This document shows positions 40,545 through 54,463 of a stretch of DNA of 64,000 bases, piece by piece; position 1 is the stretch's first letter; each line of letters opens with the position of its first letter. The translations under genes were made by a program, and so were the position numbers. The stretch is from Octopus vulgaris (lineage: Eukaryota): contig OX597825.1 of assembly GCA_951406725.2 (NCBI GenBank), forward strand, positions 34,162,001 through 34,226,000. Reading direction: 5' to 3'. Under the pieces are notes generated by a model, which saw only the letters and a program-made list of their open reading frames with translations, ran no database searches and was not told the DNA's origin.

Positions 40545-41100
40545 ATCACAGCCTATGAAAAAAAAAGATGTGGTATGAGAAAACCCCAGAAGGAATCACC
40601 AAGATGAAAAGTGCAAAATCTTGTGGGATGCATTGATTCAGTGCAATCACCTGACCAGACATTGGAAACTGAACATTGTTGTGGTGGAAAAAAAAAGGAA
40701 GACCATGCATGATAATCAACATAGCATGACCCGGTGACAACAGGATCAAAGAGAAAGAAGAGAAACTGAACGACTACGACAATTTGAAGTGGGAAATACT
40801 AAGGTTGTGGTCAATTGAGAGAGAGTAGATATGTTACCGATAGTAACCGATGCACTTGGAAGTATCAGAACTCAACTACCAACTCAGATCAAAAGGATTG
40901 ATACAAATGTAAAAGTAGAAGAACCTAAAAAAATCATCATTGCTTGAAACTGCAAGAATTCTTTGCAATGTCCTTGAAGCATGACCAGCAAACAAGTGTC
41001 ACCTTAGTCTGCTGGCTGTGGTCAGCTGACACTTTCCATCATACCCAGCAAAATCATCACTGAGTTTTCATCAAACAATAATGATAATAATAATAATGAT
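40545..41100 (+). mobile_element. R4/Dong-like 3'-end fragment (RLE domain) with (TAA)n tail
   Basis: Broken WYEKTPE...IVVVEKK...YDNLKWEILRLWS; ends in AATAATGATAATAATAAT. Confidence 0.65.
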
Positions 41101-41109
41101 ATTAATGAT

Positions 41110-42500
41110 CTTGTTTTTATTGGCCACAAGATCTGAACACAAAACATACAGGGATGGTGCAATGCAAGGGTAGTTTAGCACAACAATTTGTACATACAAT
41201 TAAACAATAACAATTAACAACAAAAAATAAACAATAAAATTCTCCACATAATGGGAGTTCATCCTAAGGACAACCAAGGAACTCCACACATTTTCCTCAC
41301 CCTGACTTCCAAAGGCACCTCAAGCAAGCACCTCTCATCTTCTCAACCCTCCTGGCTTACAAGTGTATGTTCAGAGTAGGCCCATTCACATGGATCATCC
41401 TCACTACATTCACCCACCATTAAACAACAATACTAGGAGGCAGCACTTTCCTCAGCACCCTCATTTTCCTTTTCAAGTGGAACTTGAGAAAGTAAATGAG
41501 GGCTCAGCTGAAGAGAAAGTACCTGTCTTCAATCCTTTCAACCATGCCCACCACACTTCCTCTTTCGCCATAGCCATCAGACAGAGGAAAACTGCCTTCC
41601 CTTCGTGGCCAAAAGAAGATGGCAGGGTGATCCTCATGATGGAGTCGTCTGATAACCAGATTTGTCCTACATGCATCAACAGCTTTTTGACAATGCTCCA
41701 CAAATTTGAAATGAGTGCATGCAGAGAAGTTTCATTGCCCTATCCACATCTAGGACATGTCTGTCTGATGGCACTTCCAAGCTTGTAAAGCTTGTCTTGA
41801 ACTGGCAGAGCTCCCAGGTAACACTATTAGGCCAAGGATTTCTGGAAATTATAGATAGACTCCAGCCTGAAATTGCTCAATAATAGACCAGATAATTGAT
41901 CCTTCCTAGAATTCCTCTGAAGGCATCGTTGCTCTTGCCCACCACTAATCTTCTATAGAATTCCAATGTAGAATTTCCACTGACTACATTGCCTGACTAG
42001 CAGAGGGCTGTGAGACCCTGTTTACACTCCAGATGCAAAGTGCCCTTTCTTGATCTATGCTTAATCCAGGACTGTAGCTCCATCAATGAGACAAGCTCCA
42101 GAAAATCCTGACTGATAAATGGTGGGCACACCTGCTCACCATCAAGGTAGTGCTAGATGTGTTGCAGACTCAGTACATGTCTGCATATCATTAGCCATGG
42201 CATTCCCAGTCCCCCACTCAGCACCTGTTGACAGCAGATGGACCGACTGAGGAGTGAGACATGTCCCTTCCACAGGAAGTGGGAAGAGCAAGTGATCCAA
42301 CTGATCAACCAGAAAACAGGGCAAGGGACAACAGTCAGATAGTAGTAGATGACAGTAGTGATGACAGCTTTCTCTCTGCTTATTTCTGGGGGAGACTGGC
42401 TACCCAGTTTGTCACCCACTCCAAGTTCTTGTCTAACAGGAGGTCCAGACCAAACAAGACCCCAAGCAATTTAACCAGTCCTTCTGTCTAGTGTTCTACA
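41110..42500 (-). mobile_element. Tx1/L1-like LINE 3' fragment (zf-RVT region)
   Basis: Broken frame LPVQDKLYKLGSAIRQTCPRCG..NETSLHAL followed by a Trp-rich C-terminus (EVWWAWLK). Confidence 0.6.
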
Positions 42501-42527
42501 AGTAAGATGTAGTCTTATATTACATAC

Positions 42528-42594
42528 CTGGTAACTATGATGCATAATATACAAAGCAGGACTATTGTTGGTATAAGAACACTGCAAAGAATTA
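42528..42594 (-). CDS. Transmembrane exon (phase 1 to 2), gene A
   Basis: Acceptor tttttctcttaacatttcAG, donor AG|GTATGT; 67 nt: (V)ILCSVLIPTIVLLCILCIIVT(R). Joins in frame to both neighbouring exons. Confidence 0.88.
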
Positions 42595-43462
42595 CTGAAA
42601 TGTTAAGAGAAAAATGGAAAGCATTAAAAAAGAGAATTTGCTTGTTTGATTTTTGCTTCTTTAATGGTCAAACATTACAACAATTTGTAGCTTTTTTGTT
42701 ACCTTTAATATTATTTGAATTCATTCAAACACCATGAATCATTTTAATCACCTTTCATACTGTATTTAGGAGGAGAGCCATCTCAAATATTCTTTCTCTG
42801 AAGTCATTGTTCTGATGAACATTAACCCAATTTGCTGCTTTCTCACTCCTCACACATCTTCTGGACTGATTCGGGAGTCTGAGGTATTCTGTCATTCTGA
42901 ACAGTAGACACTGAATCCACACCTCCATCCAGTATGAAAGTAACTGAATTTACCACCAATCCACGCTGTAGGATCCTAGCAACTAATTACCAGAGAGCAA
43001 AAGAGACAAATCAAGGAATCAGCATGTAATTGCAACCAAATGTTCCTCGAATCACACTGTATCATCTTAAGAAGGTAAGAAACACTGCAAAAGCATGGAG
43101 TTAACCGAAAAAAGCAACTACCATCTAATCAATCTAAAACAGTTACAATAAGGACAGCTGTTATTTCACGAGACATTACTGTTTGTTAAAAAGATTGCTT
43201 CAAATCCATGTGATTCCAGGTTCAATCCCCCTCTGCAAAATCTTGGGTTGGTGAATAAATTACTTTTCCAATAGTTTTGTGTTGACCAATATCTTGTGAA
43301 TGGTAGACAAAAATTGCAATGAATTCTGTTGTTTATGCTATTTGTTGGTTTGTATGTCTGAATGTTTATATGTACATAGGTAGGTAGGTATGTACATATA
43401 CATACATATATATATATGCTAGCATGGAAAGCGGACGTTAAACGATGATGATGATATATATA

Positions 43463-44022
43463 GCAAATAAGAAAATGGAGGAGAACAATAGTTGGTTCAT
43501 CAAATTTAGGACATTAAAAATGTTAACTTATTTATTTATTAATTATAACAACATACATACACATATTCTATGCATATAAGATAAGGATACAAGTAATTAT
43601 TTAAAAACATGAATATAAATTACTAAAATAAGTTACAGCTGTTTCAGCCCATAGATAAAAGTATCTCATTCTGCCTATATTAGTCAAGTGTATTGAGGTA
43701 ATAGGCAGATGAAAATGAGGTACTTATATATATATATATATCTAGGCTACCTCATTTTCATCTACCTATTACCTGAATACACTTGACTAATATAGGCAGA
43801 ATGAGATACTTTTATCTATGGGCTGAAACAGCTGTAAGTTATTTACTAATTTATATTCATGGTTTTTAATCATTACTTGTATCTTTATCTTATATGCATA
43901 GAATAATATACTATATGTATATATGTTATTATAATTATCAGTTTAATAAATAAATAAGTTAACATTTTTAATGTCCTAAAGATGATGAACCAACTATTGT
44001 TCTCCTCCTTTTTCTTATTTGC
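43463..44022. repeat. Fold-back inverted repeat (~260-bp arms) of a PLE tail, centred on (AT)n
   Basis: 43463-43722 pairs with 43748-44022; both arms carry GCTGAAACAGCTGTAA; homologous to 32872-33190. Confidence 0.93.
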
Positions 44023-44202
44023 GATATAAATTAATGGTAAAATATCTTTTTACCTTCACCCATTTAATACACTAGGTAGTGTTATTGCATTGCAATAAAA
44101 AACACTTGTGTATTAATAATTGGGTATTCTACCAACAGTATATTTGATAGATATTATCCCTTAGTGGGATGGATTCACAACCCCTAACTTTCTTGGAGTT
44201 AT

Positions 44203-44262
<60 letters not shown>

Positions 44263-47200
44263 ATGCATGTTTGTATGTGTATGGGGGGTGTATAAATTAC
44301 ATGCACATACACATGCCATCATCAACATCTTATGTCCGTTTTCCATGTTGAGATGGCCTGGATGGTTTGACAGAATCCAAGAGATTAAAGGATGATGTCT
44401 TGCTCAGATATCTCAGGTTCAGCATGGTTTTTACAGCTGGATAATCTTCCTAATTCAAACCACTTTACAAAGTGTACTGGATGCAGGTTTTCTGACATCG
44501 ACACTAGAGAGGTTGTCATGCTTTTGTGTCATCTCAGCCATGCGCTGGCTGAAAGGGAGAATAAGAGGAAAAAGGATGACTCTAGGTGAGGTGTTGAGGG
44601 AATAGTTAAAATAGGGTGGAAAGAACACTTTTATTGTTGTGAGACAGCAATTGTCAAGAGGAAACAATATTGGATTGGTGTAATGGAAATGACATGAGGA
44701 GATGGAAGAGAAAGATTAATGTCACTGGTTAGTCATAGCAGGAGAGAGAGAAGGAGAGAGTTGGAGAGAGAAAGAGAGAGAGCGAGAGAGAGAAGATGGA
44801 TGATGGGATAGGTTAAATAGAAGGGAAACCAGTACTGTGGTGACTCATCACATTAAGCTCTAGAGGAATGGCTAATTACTCTAAAGCATTAGCTAACTAA
44901 CTACAATTAGGAGAGAATACTGTACCAACATCAACAACAGAATGTATGCAATTGACCTGGAAACTTTCGCTATAGCTGTAGGCAAACTGTATAATGGGAA
45001 GGTACCTGGAAGAGATCTAATAATTGGATATTGGTACAAGTGGCTGACATTTTACAGAAAGCCATTAATATGTATATTCAAAAGTCTATAGAAGGTCAGA
45101 TTAACATATCAAATTGGCTTGGATGAATATTGTGGCCCAGAACGAAACTACTGATTTGGCAACAAAATATCATTCCATTGCTTCCTTAAACATTATATAC
45201 AAACACACTATCAGAACTCCAAATATAACCTCCTGTGTTACCCTACTAACAAGAGAACATTCCAATACACAAGATATGTTTAAGGAATAGTATGAAATTC
45301 ATTTGGAGAGTGAAGCATTCAAGAAAAAGAACCAGATGAAAAAGAGCTGGAATAATTTATTAAATCAAAGAAAAGAAGCATACGGGAAAGCAATTAAAAA
45401 CGAAAATTTAACAGACACATACGCACAATAGATAAACCGAGAACCAGTGATTTTTCCACAAAAATTTCGTCCCAAGAAAATTACATCAGAACCAAATGAA
45501 GAAACAAAAGCCAGAATAAATCTTGCACACCAAAGACTCAAAGCATACATTAACATTCTAGAGCTTTGCACGCGTTGCTTTAAAGTGAAAATTGGGATAT
45601 GTGACACCTTAATGCAAAAAGAAATCTCTGAACAAAGCAACGGAAAATTACTTGAAAAACTACAATGACATAGAGATACAAGAAGCCAAATCAAATAAAA
45701 TACTTGAGTCGAAAACTCGATGGCTGCAAAACTGTGAATAGAGATTCATGAAGAGAGAAACCTTTTTTCATAATAACAAGAACAAAAAGAAACATAACCC
45801 CGTCCATACCAGTTTCCCCCCTACAGAGAGGTACAGAGATGTAAGATGAAAATGTAAATCCCTTCATTCATGAGTCTCTCTGCTGAAATGATGGACAAGA
45901 AACAAAAACGTAATTTGAAAAAAAAATATTTTTAAATAATGAAACAAAAAGCAGTGCAGGGAAAAGTTTAAAGTCTGATAAATTCACAGAAAAAAAGAAA
46001 CTCACAGTTATTGTGATTATTTAAAAGACAATTTGGAAGAAAAGATAATATTCAGCAATGCAGTGCTCTGCAAGTGGTATACTGCTGCTCATTTGTGTGC
46101 CACAAGATGATGCTAGATGTGCCGCAGTGTAACCTGAATATAATCATTTTCCTTATAATTTTAGTTCTAGTTCTAGTTCAGGTGTGCCACCGAATTTTGA
46201 AAAGAATGTAAGTATACCACAAGTGTAAGAAAGCTTGAGGTCTACAGGAGGCGAATTCCTAGCTAAAAAGTATTTAGTGGCACAAAATGTTTGGAAATTC
46301 CTCACTGAAGAAAATTCCCTGGCGATATATGATAAATAAGGCAGTATTGTTTAGTTTGAAATCACTGCTCAATGTTTATTGTTTTGCTTCTGAAGTGAAT
46401 TTAAAGCACAAGTGTGAACAAGACTTTTGCTAGAAACAACAGTTCAATTTAACATTGTCACAAGTATGGAAACCAGTGTTAAAGCTCTAACAATGAAGAT
46501 TATAATATTATTCTGCTTGTTCCTGTCTGTTTTTTTCTGTGTGTTACACTTTGGTCATCAAGGGAAGTTATAACACAAATGTAGAAATAAACGTACCAAA
46601 AGAGAAGAAGGGGAGAAAGGGAAACAAAGAAACGGGAATAGTAGGATCAGTGAAAAAATAAGGAAAATATAATATCAGAAGAAGATTGAGCTAAACGAGT
46701 CCTATCTTGTGGATCTTTATCTATCTGGGTAGCAAGCATGATGGTAGAATATGAGAGATAATTGGTTTCTCATAAATGTCCAGATTTTAAGTTGGTAGAA
46801 CTAATTTACAGAAAAGGTTTTGCGAGTAAATTTTTAAACTAGCAAAAGTTCAGTTTGGATAAACCAAATGTAGTGTGATTCAAGACAGTATATAATTATA
46901 TAAATCTGGTTATAAAGACCAATCCATCAATGTAAAAATTAAATCAAAGAAAAGTTCATTTGGGAAATACATTTCAAAAGGATTTAAGAATAGTGTATAC
47001 AACTTGTTATGGGGACTGCAACTAAAATAAAGCAAAAGTAGGTGTAACTTTTTAAGTAACTGACATAGGTCATTCACATTGTATATGTTGGTACAATAAC
47101 ACTTCCATAGTAATGCTTCTTCCTTGTATTATTCCTCTTCATTAAGGCAGCAAACTGGAAGGATTGTTAGCTGGATGGACAAAATACTCAGCAGCATTTT

Positions 47201-47654
47201 GTCCATCTTATGTTCTGAGTTTAAATGCTGCATGAGTTGACTTTGTCTTTTTTGGTCAATGAAATAAGTACCAGTTCTGGAATCAATGAAATCAACAAGC
47301 CCCCTCCCCCAAAATCTCAGGCATTGTATCTATAATAGAAAGGATTATTCTTCTTCATTGTAAACAAATAATAGGTTTCAAGGAGAAATAGTGTACTGTT
47401 ACTGAGTTCTTGACAAAGTGGGACTGCAGGCTGAGAAGGCTACAGGTTGTTGACAGTGATGACACAATTCACGTAGCGATCACTGAAAATAAAAATGGGG
47501 AAAAATATGATAGGAGAAGAAGATTGAGCTAAACAAGTCCTATCCTGTGTATGGACAGTTGGATGAATATGAACAATGTAGATAGATGGATGAAGAGGTT
47601 TATAGAAAGGGGAACAAGCATTCCATATACACTTTAAATCAAAGAAATACATAC

Positions 47655-47762
47655 CAACAACTGATGTATTTTCCTCTGAATCTGTTTGATCATCTGTTGT
47701 AGTAATTATGTTAGAGGTACTGCCATATGGAATATATGGAATAGTTGGTTCCTTAACAATAT
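47655..47762 (-). CDS. Symmetric (phase 1-1) S/T/P-rich stalk exon, gene A
   Basis: Acceptor ttttttttaatgcccAG, donor G|GTATGT; 108 nt: (D)IVKEPTIPYIPYGSTSNIITTTDDQTDSEENTSVV. Confidence 0.82.
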
Positions 47763-47864
47763 CTGGGCATTAAAAAAAATGTCAAGCGGATAAATCTTTC
47801 ACCTTTTACTAAATGTATATATACATATATATGTAAACACACATATATACATACATATATACAT

Positions 47865-47908
<44 letters not shown>

Positions 47909-47911
<3 letters not shown>

Positions 47912-48173
47912 AATGAGAGAAATGATCACTATGTGGACAACCCTTATGCTAGAAATAGATCCGCTGTGATTTTACCACTAAGAAATGTTCCCAAGAAAAA
48001 TGAAAAGGAACAAAATATAAATTATCTATATTTTGTTACTTTACATTTGTGTTGCTCGTTTACATTCTGGTGTTTGCTAAATTTTTCTTGAGAACATTTC
48101 TTAGTGGTAAGACCACAGTGGATCTACTTCTAGCATAAGGGTTGTCCACATAGTGGTCATCCCTCTCATTTGT
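47909..48173. repeat. Inverted repeat, ~92-bp arms, ~80-bp spacer
   Basis: 47909-48000 pairs with 48082-48173; followed by TATGCTAGACCACTGGT. Confidence 0.9.
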
Positions 48174-48531
48174 ATATAATACAGTTTACTGAACCTTCAG
48201 ATTTTTAATATGCTAGACCACTGGTGTTAAATTGATGTTAGTTTAATTAAATCAATATCCAATTTCTCACCCTCATTTTAAATTGATATATATACATTTC
48301 CTTTTATTCTTTTACTTGTTTCAGTCATTTGACTGCAGCCATACTGGAGCATCACCTTTAGTTGAGCAAATCGATCCCAGGACTAATTCTTTGTTAGCCT
48401 GGTACTTATTCTATCGGTCTCTTTAGCTGACCCACTAAGTTACGGGGATGTAAACACACCAGCATCAGTTGTCAAGCGATGTTGGACGGACAAACACAGA
48501 TACACAAACATGCACACACACACACACACAC

Positions 48532-48587
<56 letters not shown>

Positions 48588-48947
48588 ATGTGAAATTCTT
48601 TAAGTGAATAGATGCACACACTTGGGTGTATGCATTGACAGGTCAACCAACACACCAACTCATCCCCATTCCCACCGGGAACTCCTTCAACACAAAAAAT
48701 CTTGTTGCTTTGTTAGTAACTAGTCCCCACACCATCCTTTGACAACCAATGTTGGTTTACTTACATCCCTGTAACATAGTGGTTTAACAAAAGAGACAGA
48801 GAGAATAAGTACTAGGCTTACAGAGAATAAGTCCAGGGATCAATTTGTTTGACTAAAGGCAGGGCTCTAGCATGGCTACAGTCAAATGACTGAAACAAGT
48901 AAAAGCCTAAAAAAAGCGTTTGTGTATACATATATACATACACACAT

Positions 48948-48990
<43 letters not shown>

Positions 48991-49929
48991 GAGAGAGAGA
49001 AAGAGAGGAGGGAGAGAGGCATAGCTTGCAGGTGCAGGCATGGTTGTGCAGTAAGAAGCTTGCTTCCCAGCCACATGGTTCTGAGTTCAGTCTCACTGCA
49101 TGGCACCATGGGCCAATGTCTTCTAGTTTAGCCTTTGGGGGTAACCAAAGCCTTGTGAGTGGATTTGGTTGACAGTAACTGAATGAAGCCTGTTGTATAC
49201 ATGTGCATGTATGTGAGTGTGTATTATGTGTGTGTGTGTGCATGCACGTGCATGCATGTGCATATGTTTCCGTTTGTGTTTGTCCTCCACCACTGCTTGA
49301 CAATTGATGTTGATGTGTTTCCGTCTCCATAAATTTGTTTCCTGCTGAACAAGTTATGTGAACTCTTCTCCTCAATCTGAGAACCAGGATCAGTCCCACA
49401 GGCAGCTCAATGTTTATTGTTTTGCTTCTGAAGTGAATTTAAAGCACAAGTGTGAACAAGACTTTTGCTAGAAACAACAGTTCAATTTAACATTGTCACA
49501 AGTATGAAAAGCAGTGTTAAAGCTCTAACAATGAAGATTATAATATTATACTGCTTGTTCCTGTCTTTTTTTTTTCCACAGCGGATCTACTTCTAGCATA
49601 AGGGTTGTCCACATAGTGGTCATCCCTTTCATTTGTATATAATACAGTTTACTGAACCTTCAGATTTTTAATATGCTAGACCACTGGTGTTAAATTGATG
49701 TTAGTTTAATTAAATCAATATCCAATTTCTCACCCTCATTCTAAATTGATATATATACATTTCCTTTTATTCTTTTACTTGTTTCAGTCATTTGACTGCA
49801 GCCATACTGGAGCACCACCTTTAGTTGAGCAAATCGATCCCAGAACTAATTCTTTGTTAGCCTGGTATTTATTCTATCGGTCTCTTTAGCTGACCCACTA
49901 AGTTACGGAGATGTAAACACACCAGCATA

Positions 49930-50771
49930 GTAGCAAACTGAGGTACACAGAATGAGGCCACTTGGCACAGATTAACCTAGAACGCTGTTGTGCATGCATA
50001 TTAAGTTTTAACATTCTGGCTCCTTTTTTACAGTATTGTTTGGAAAGAAGGGGTTTGGTGTGTGGTCATCACAATAACCACAAATTTAAACAGATAATCT
50101 GCATTAAATTTTGCCAAAAGCTTAGTAATACCTGCTCAGAGACCTATGCAAAGTTTTCAAAAAGTTTTCATCATTCTCGATGCAATCAGGATTTTGTGCA
50201 ACTGAGAACCAAGTGTGTTTCTGGTCAGCTGAAAGCAGCTTTGGCACAAACTTGGCAGACACGTGTCTCATGACCAAAACTTCAGTGATAATAGACTGAA
50301 CCGAACCGTAACTAATCTGCACATCCACTGATAACTCATGGATGGTGATTCAACAATTTCCCCACACTGCTGCACGCACATCTGCCATGTTTTTCTCAGT
50401 TCTGCTGGTTGCAGGCCACCCAGAATGGTAATCAATATCGACATTTTTTTTACCATCTTGGAAACGTCTGAACTACTTGTACACTTGTGCACAGCTCACA
50501 CACTCCTCTTCATAACTTTCTGCAACTTTGCATGAGCCTCAGAGCAGGTATTGCCATGACAACTTTCTCTGTCATAGTCAAGGCAATGGTTGCACTCTAC
50601 ACACCTTCCTTCCAAGCAGTGCTGGAAACAGTAGAAGTGAGCTAGAACGTTGGAGCTTTGTGCACTTGCCCAGCAGAATTCGGAGGTGATCTTTACCAGG
50701 TGGTTTCCCTCATCATGCTCTGGCTTTGATACTATTGCAGCAGTCTGGATACTTATTGATCAGACCTCGTA
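49930..50771. mobile_element. Non-autonomous mariner-like element, copy 1 (left end eroded)
   Basis: Minus frame LQISYGSVQSIITE.L.MRHVSAKFVPKLL; right TIR TTGATCAGACCTCGTA. Confidence 0.85.
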
Positions 50772-51039
50772 TATATATATATATATATACCTTCCTATTA
50801 CTATTGTCAGCTTTTCTTAATGATAAGCTCTTTATTACCTACTCTATTTCTCTCTCTCTACCGTGATGGGGCTTATATATATATATATATATATATGTAG
50901 ACGCAGGAGTGGCTGTGCGATGAGAAGCTTGATTCCCAGCCACATGGTTCTGAGTTCAGTCTCACTGCATGGCACAATCACCACTGCTTGACAATTGATG
51001 TTGATGTGTTTCCGTCTCCATAAATTTGTTTCCTACTGA

Positions 51040-51710
51040 ACAAGTTATGTGAACTTTTCTCCTCAATCTGAGAACCAGGATCAGTCCCACAGGACAATGG
51101 CAACAAATGTGAATGTGACAACCATAGAGGTATCTCCCGTTTGTGTGTTGCCAGGAAGGTCCTTTCAAGGGTTTATCTTAAACAGACTAAATGATGCCCT
51201 TGCCAGCATGGTGTCCCCTGAATCTCAGTGTAGATTTCAGGCTGGTAGAGGCACAGTGGATATGATTTTTAGCCTAAGGCAGCAGCAGGAAAAGGCTTGT
51301 GAGCACAACGGAAACCTTTTTGCAATTTTTGCAGATCTAACTAAAGCTTTCATTTCGGCACAATATCTAGAGATGCTCTTTGGGTTGTCCTTAAAAAGCT
51401 GGGCGTTTCAGAAAAGATGCTCAATGTCATCATTTCTTTCCATCAAGGGATGATGGCTTCTCTCAGATCTAGCATGAAACCATTTGATTCATTCACACTT
51501 TCAAATGGGACAAAACGTGGTTGTGTTCTTGCACCACTCTTATTTGTTTTCTATTTCTCCACCATATTGGAAACAACATTCAAGGGTATTAAAGAAGGAG
51601 TAAAGTTTGAGCACAGAACTGGTTGTGGTTTGTTCAACCAACAGCATTTCAAAGCAAAAAGTAGTACTTTTGTGCAAACGGTTTAAGATTTACTATTCAC
51701 ATACAAGAGA
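51040..51710 (+). mobile_element. RTE RT fragment
   Basis: ESQCRFQAGRGTVDMIFSLRQQQEKACE, FADLTKAF, GTKRGCVLAPLLF. Confidence 0.85.
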
Positions 51711-51717
51711 ATCCATC

Positions 51718-51828
<111 letters not shown>

Positions 51829-52310
51829 CATACATACATACATACATACATACATACATACATACATACATACATACATACATACATACATACATACATG
51901 TATGTATGTATGTATCAGTATAAACCTTAAAAAGCTAAGAGGTATAAGGGGCGAATACATTTATTTAACCACTTGGCATCTATAGGATTACAGCTGTTTT
52001 GAAACATTCTTTATGCAGTAATAATTTCAGTGTGCAATAAATTATGTTCACATGATTATATCCATATGCATGATGTGTATTATACAATACGATTGTATAT
52101 TCACAAATCATTAAATTGTTGGTATTACTTCGATATTCTGGTGATCTGATGATTAGCTTACTTTACTTGCATTCATTTGTGAACAGGAATTGTATAATGT
52201 ACTACGTTTTTATACTGATACACACACACACACACACATACAACACAAACACACACACACGTATGTATATATACATATGTATGTATGTGTATATGTATGT
52301 ATATATATGT

Positions 52311-53177
52311 AAACGTGGTCTGATCAATATGTATCCATATTGTTGCTACAGTAACGAAGCTCGAGTATGGAGAGTGAAGCTGCTTGGCACAGATTGACCA
52401 TGAACTCTGCTGCACATGCGCACTAAGATTTAATGTTCTAGCTCACTTCCGCTTTTAACAATAGGACTTGGAAGGTAGGTGTGTAGTGTGTGATCATCGT
52501 ATTGACCATGTCAGAGAAACTTGAGCAGAGAATCTGCATCCAATTTTGCCAAAAGCTTGGCAATACCTGCTCAGCGGCCTACACAAAGTTTTTATAAAGT
52601 TTTCATCATTCTCGACACCATCAAAGAAATCTTGTGCAACTGAAACCCGAATGTCTTTTTGGTCAGCTGAGAGCAGTTTTGACACAAATTTGGCAGACAC
52701 ATGTCTCATACCCAAATCTTCAGTGATAATGGACTGAACTGAAACATAACTAATCTGCAAATCCTCTAATAACACATGGATGGTGATTTGATGATTTCCC
52801 TTCACAGCTGCACGCACATTTGCAATGTTTTTCTCAGTTCCGCTGGTTACGTATCTCCCAGAACGGTCGTTAATATTAACATTTTTTCAGCCATCTTGGA
52901 AACATCTGAGCTATTTGTACACTTGTATGCGGCTCATACGCTGTTCTCCATACATTTTTTGCAACTTTGCGTAGGCTTCTGAGGTGTCACCATGACAGCT
53001 TTATCTGTCATAGTCAATGTGATGATCACACGCTATACACATTCCTTCCAAGCAAAAAAGTGAGCTAGAACATTAAAAGCAGAGTTCAATGTCAAGCTGT
53101 GCCAAGTGGCTTTACTTTGCATGCTTTGGTTTCATTTCCATGGCAACAGTCCAGATAGTCGTTGATCAGACCTCGTA
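52311..53177. mobile_element. Non-autonomous mariner-like element, copy 2 (both TIRs present)
   Basis: ACGTGGTCTGATCAA ... TTGATCAGACCTCGTA; transposase N-terminal coding sequence reads inward from both ends. Confidence 0.88.
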
Positions 53178-53340
53178 TAAGTGTGTGTGTGTCTGTATGT
53201 CTGTGTGTGTATGTATGTATATATATATATATAGTTAATAATATTAGGGTAATAAAAATTTTAGAAATTTTTACTACCAGTGACCTAGTGTAAAAAGATT
53301 AGTCAATAGACTATATATCATTCATATAAAAAAGACAGTT

Positions 53341-53792
53341 TACATTAAAACACATTAAGAGGCTTCCATCATAGGGATCCTTTACGCTAGAAAGAACAGT
53401 TAAAGTCCAAACCACTAATTAGGGATAAATTCTCGAAGGGAATAAAAAATAAAAACATTTACCATCTAATTCCTGGACCATGGTTTCTGACTTATTTTCG
53501 TAAATAAAGATTATTATTTACCAGGCGATGTCTTTATCTACAGGGACGCCATAGATTAAATATATTTATATATTTAATCTATGGCGTCCCTGTTGATAAA
53601 GACTTCGCCTGGTAAATAATAATTTTTATTTACTAAAATAAGTCAGAAACCATGGTCCAGGAATTAGATGGTAAATGTTTTTATTTTTCATTCCCTTCCA
53701 GAATTTATCCCTAATTAGTGGTTTGGACTTTAACTGTTCTTTCTAGCGTAAGGGATTCCTATGATGGAAGTCTCTTAATGTGTTTTAATGTA
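53341..53792. repeat. Fold-back inverted repeat, ~225-bp arms, almost no loop
   Basis: Centre GATTAAATATATTTATATATTTAATC at ~53567; arms near-perfectly complementary; between (AT)n tracts. Confidence 0.95.
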
Positions 53793-54004
53793 CACTGCAT
53801 TTTATACATATATATATATATATATAGGAATGTGTGAGTGTCCTACTCATGCATACATGAATGCTACATGATGATGATGATGCTGATGTATTATGTATGT
53901 TTTAAAATTCAAATAACTTCATATATTCTGTAAGCAGCTTCAACTTCACTAATTTCTTCTGCACAAATACTTATTTGGATTAGTAGTGATTTCTCTTTTC
54001 TCTA

Positions 54005-54316
<312 letters not shown>

Positions 54317-54463
54317 AGTAAAATTTTTTAATCTTCGGATTTTTTAAAAATATGCTAGGCCACTGGTTTTAATAGATTAATATCAATTTCTACACTTATT
54401 TAATTTTAAATATATATATATATTTATTACTCGCTAACTACCTAGACATATGATATAATTTAC

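Larger units (their letters stand above)
46367..51093. repeat. Tandem duplication of a ~3-kb block; the second copy has internal deletions
   Basis: 49405-49575 = 46367-46537; 49576-49928 = 48113-48465; ~50920-51093 = 49050-49402 with a deletion. Colinear, with few mismatches. Confidence 0.85.

Noticed and set aside
45447-45668. 73-aa ORF within a stop-riddled coding-like stretch (~44950-45750)
   Set aside because: Probably a decayed transposon ORF; I cannot assign a family, and it is antisense to gene A with no splice support.
51985-52070. Additional hammerhead candidates here, at ~5915-5955 and at ~61505-61520
   Set aside because: Only half of the core is present, or the stems do not close.
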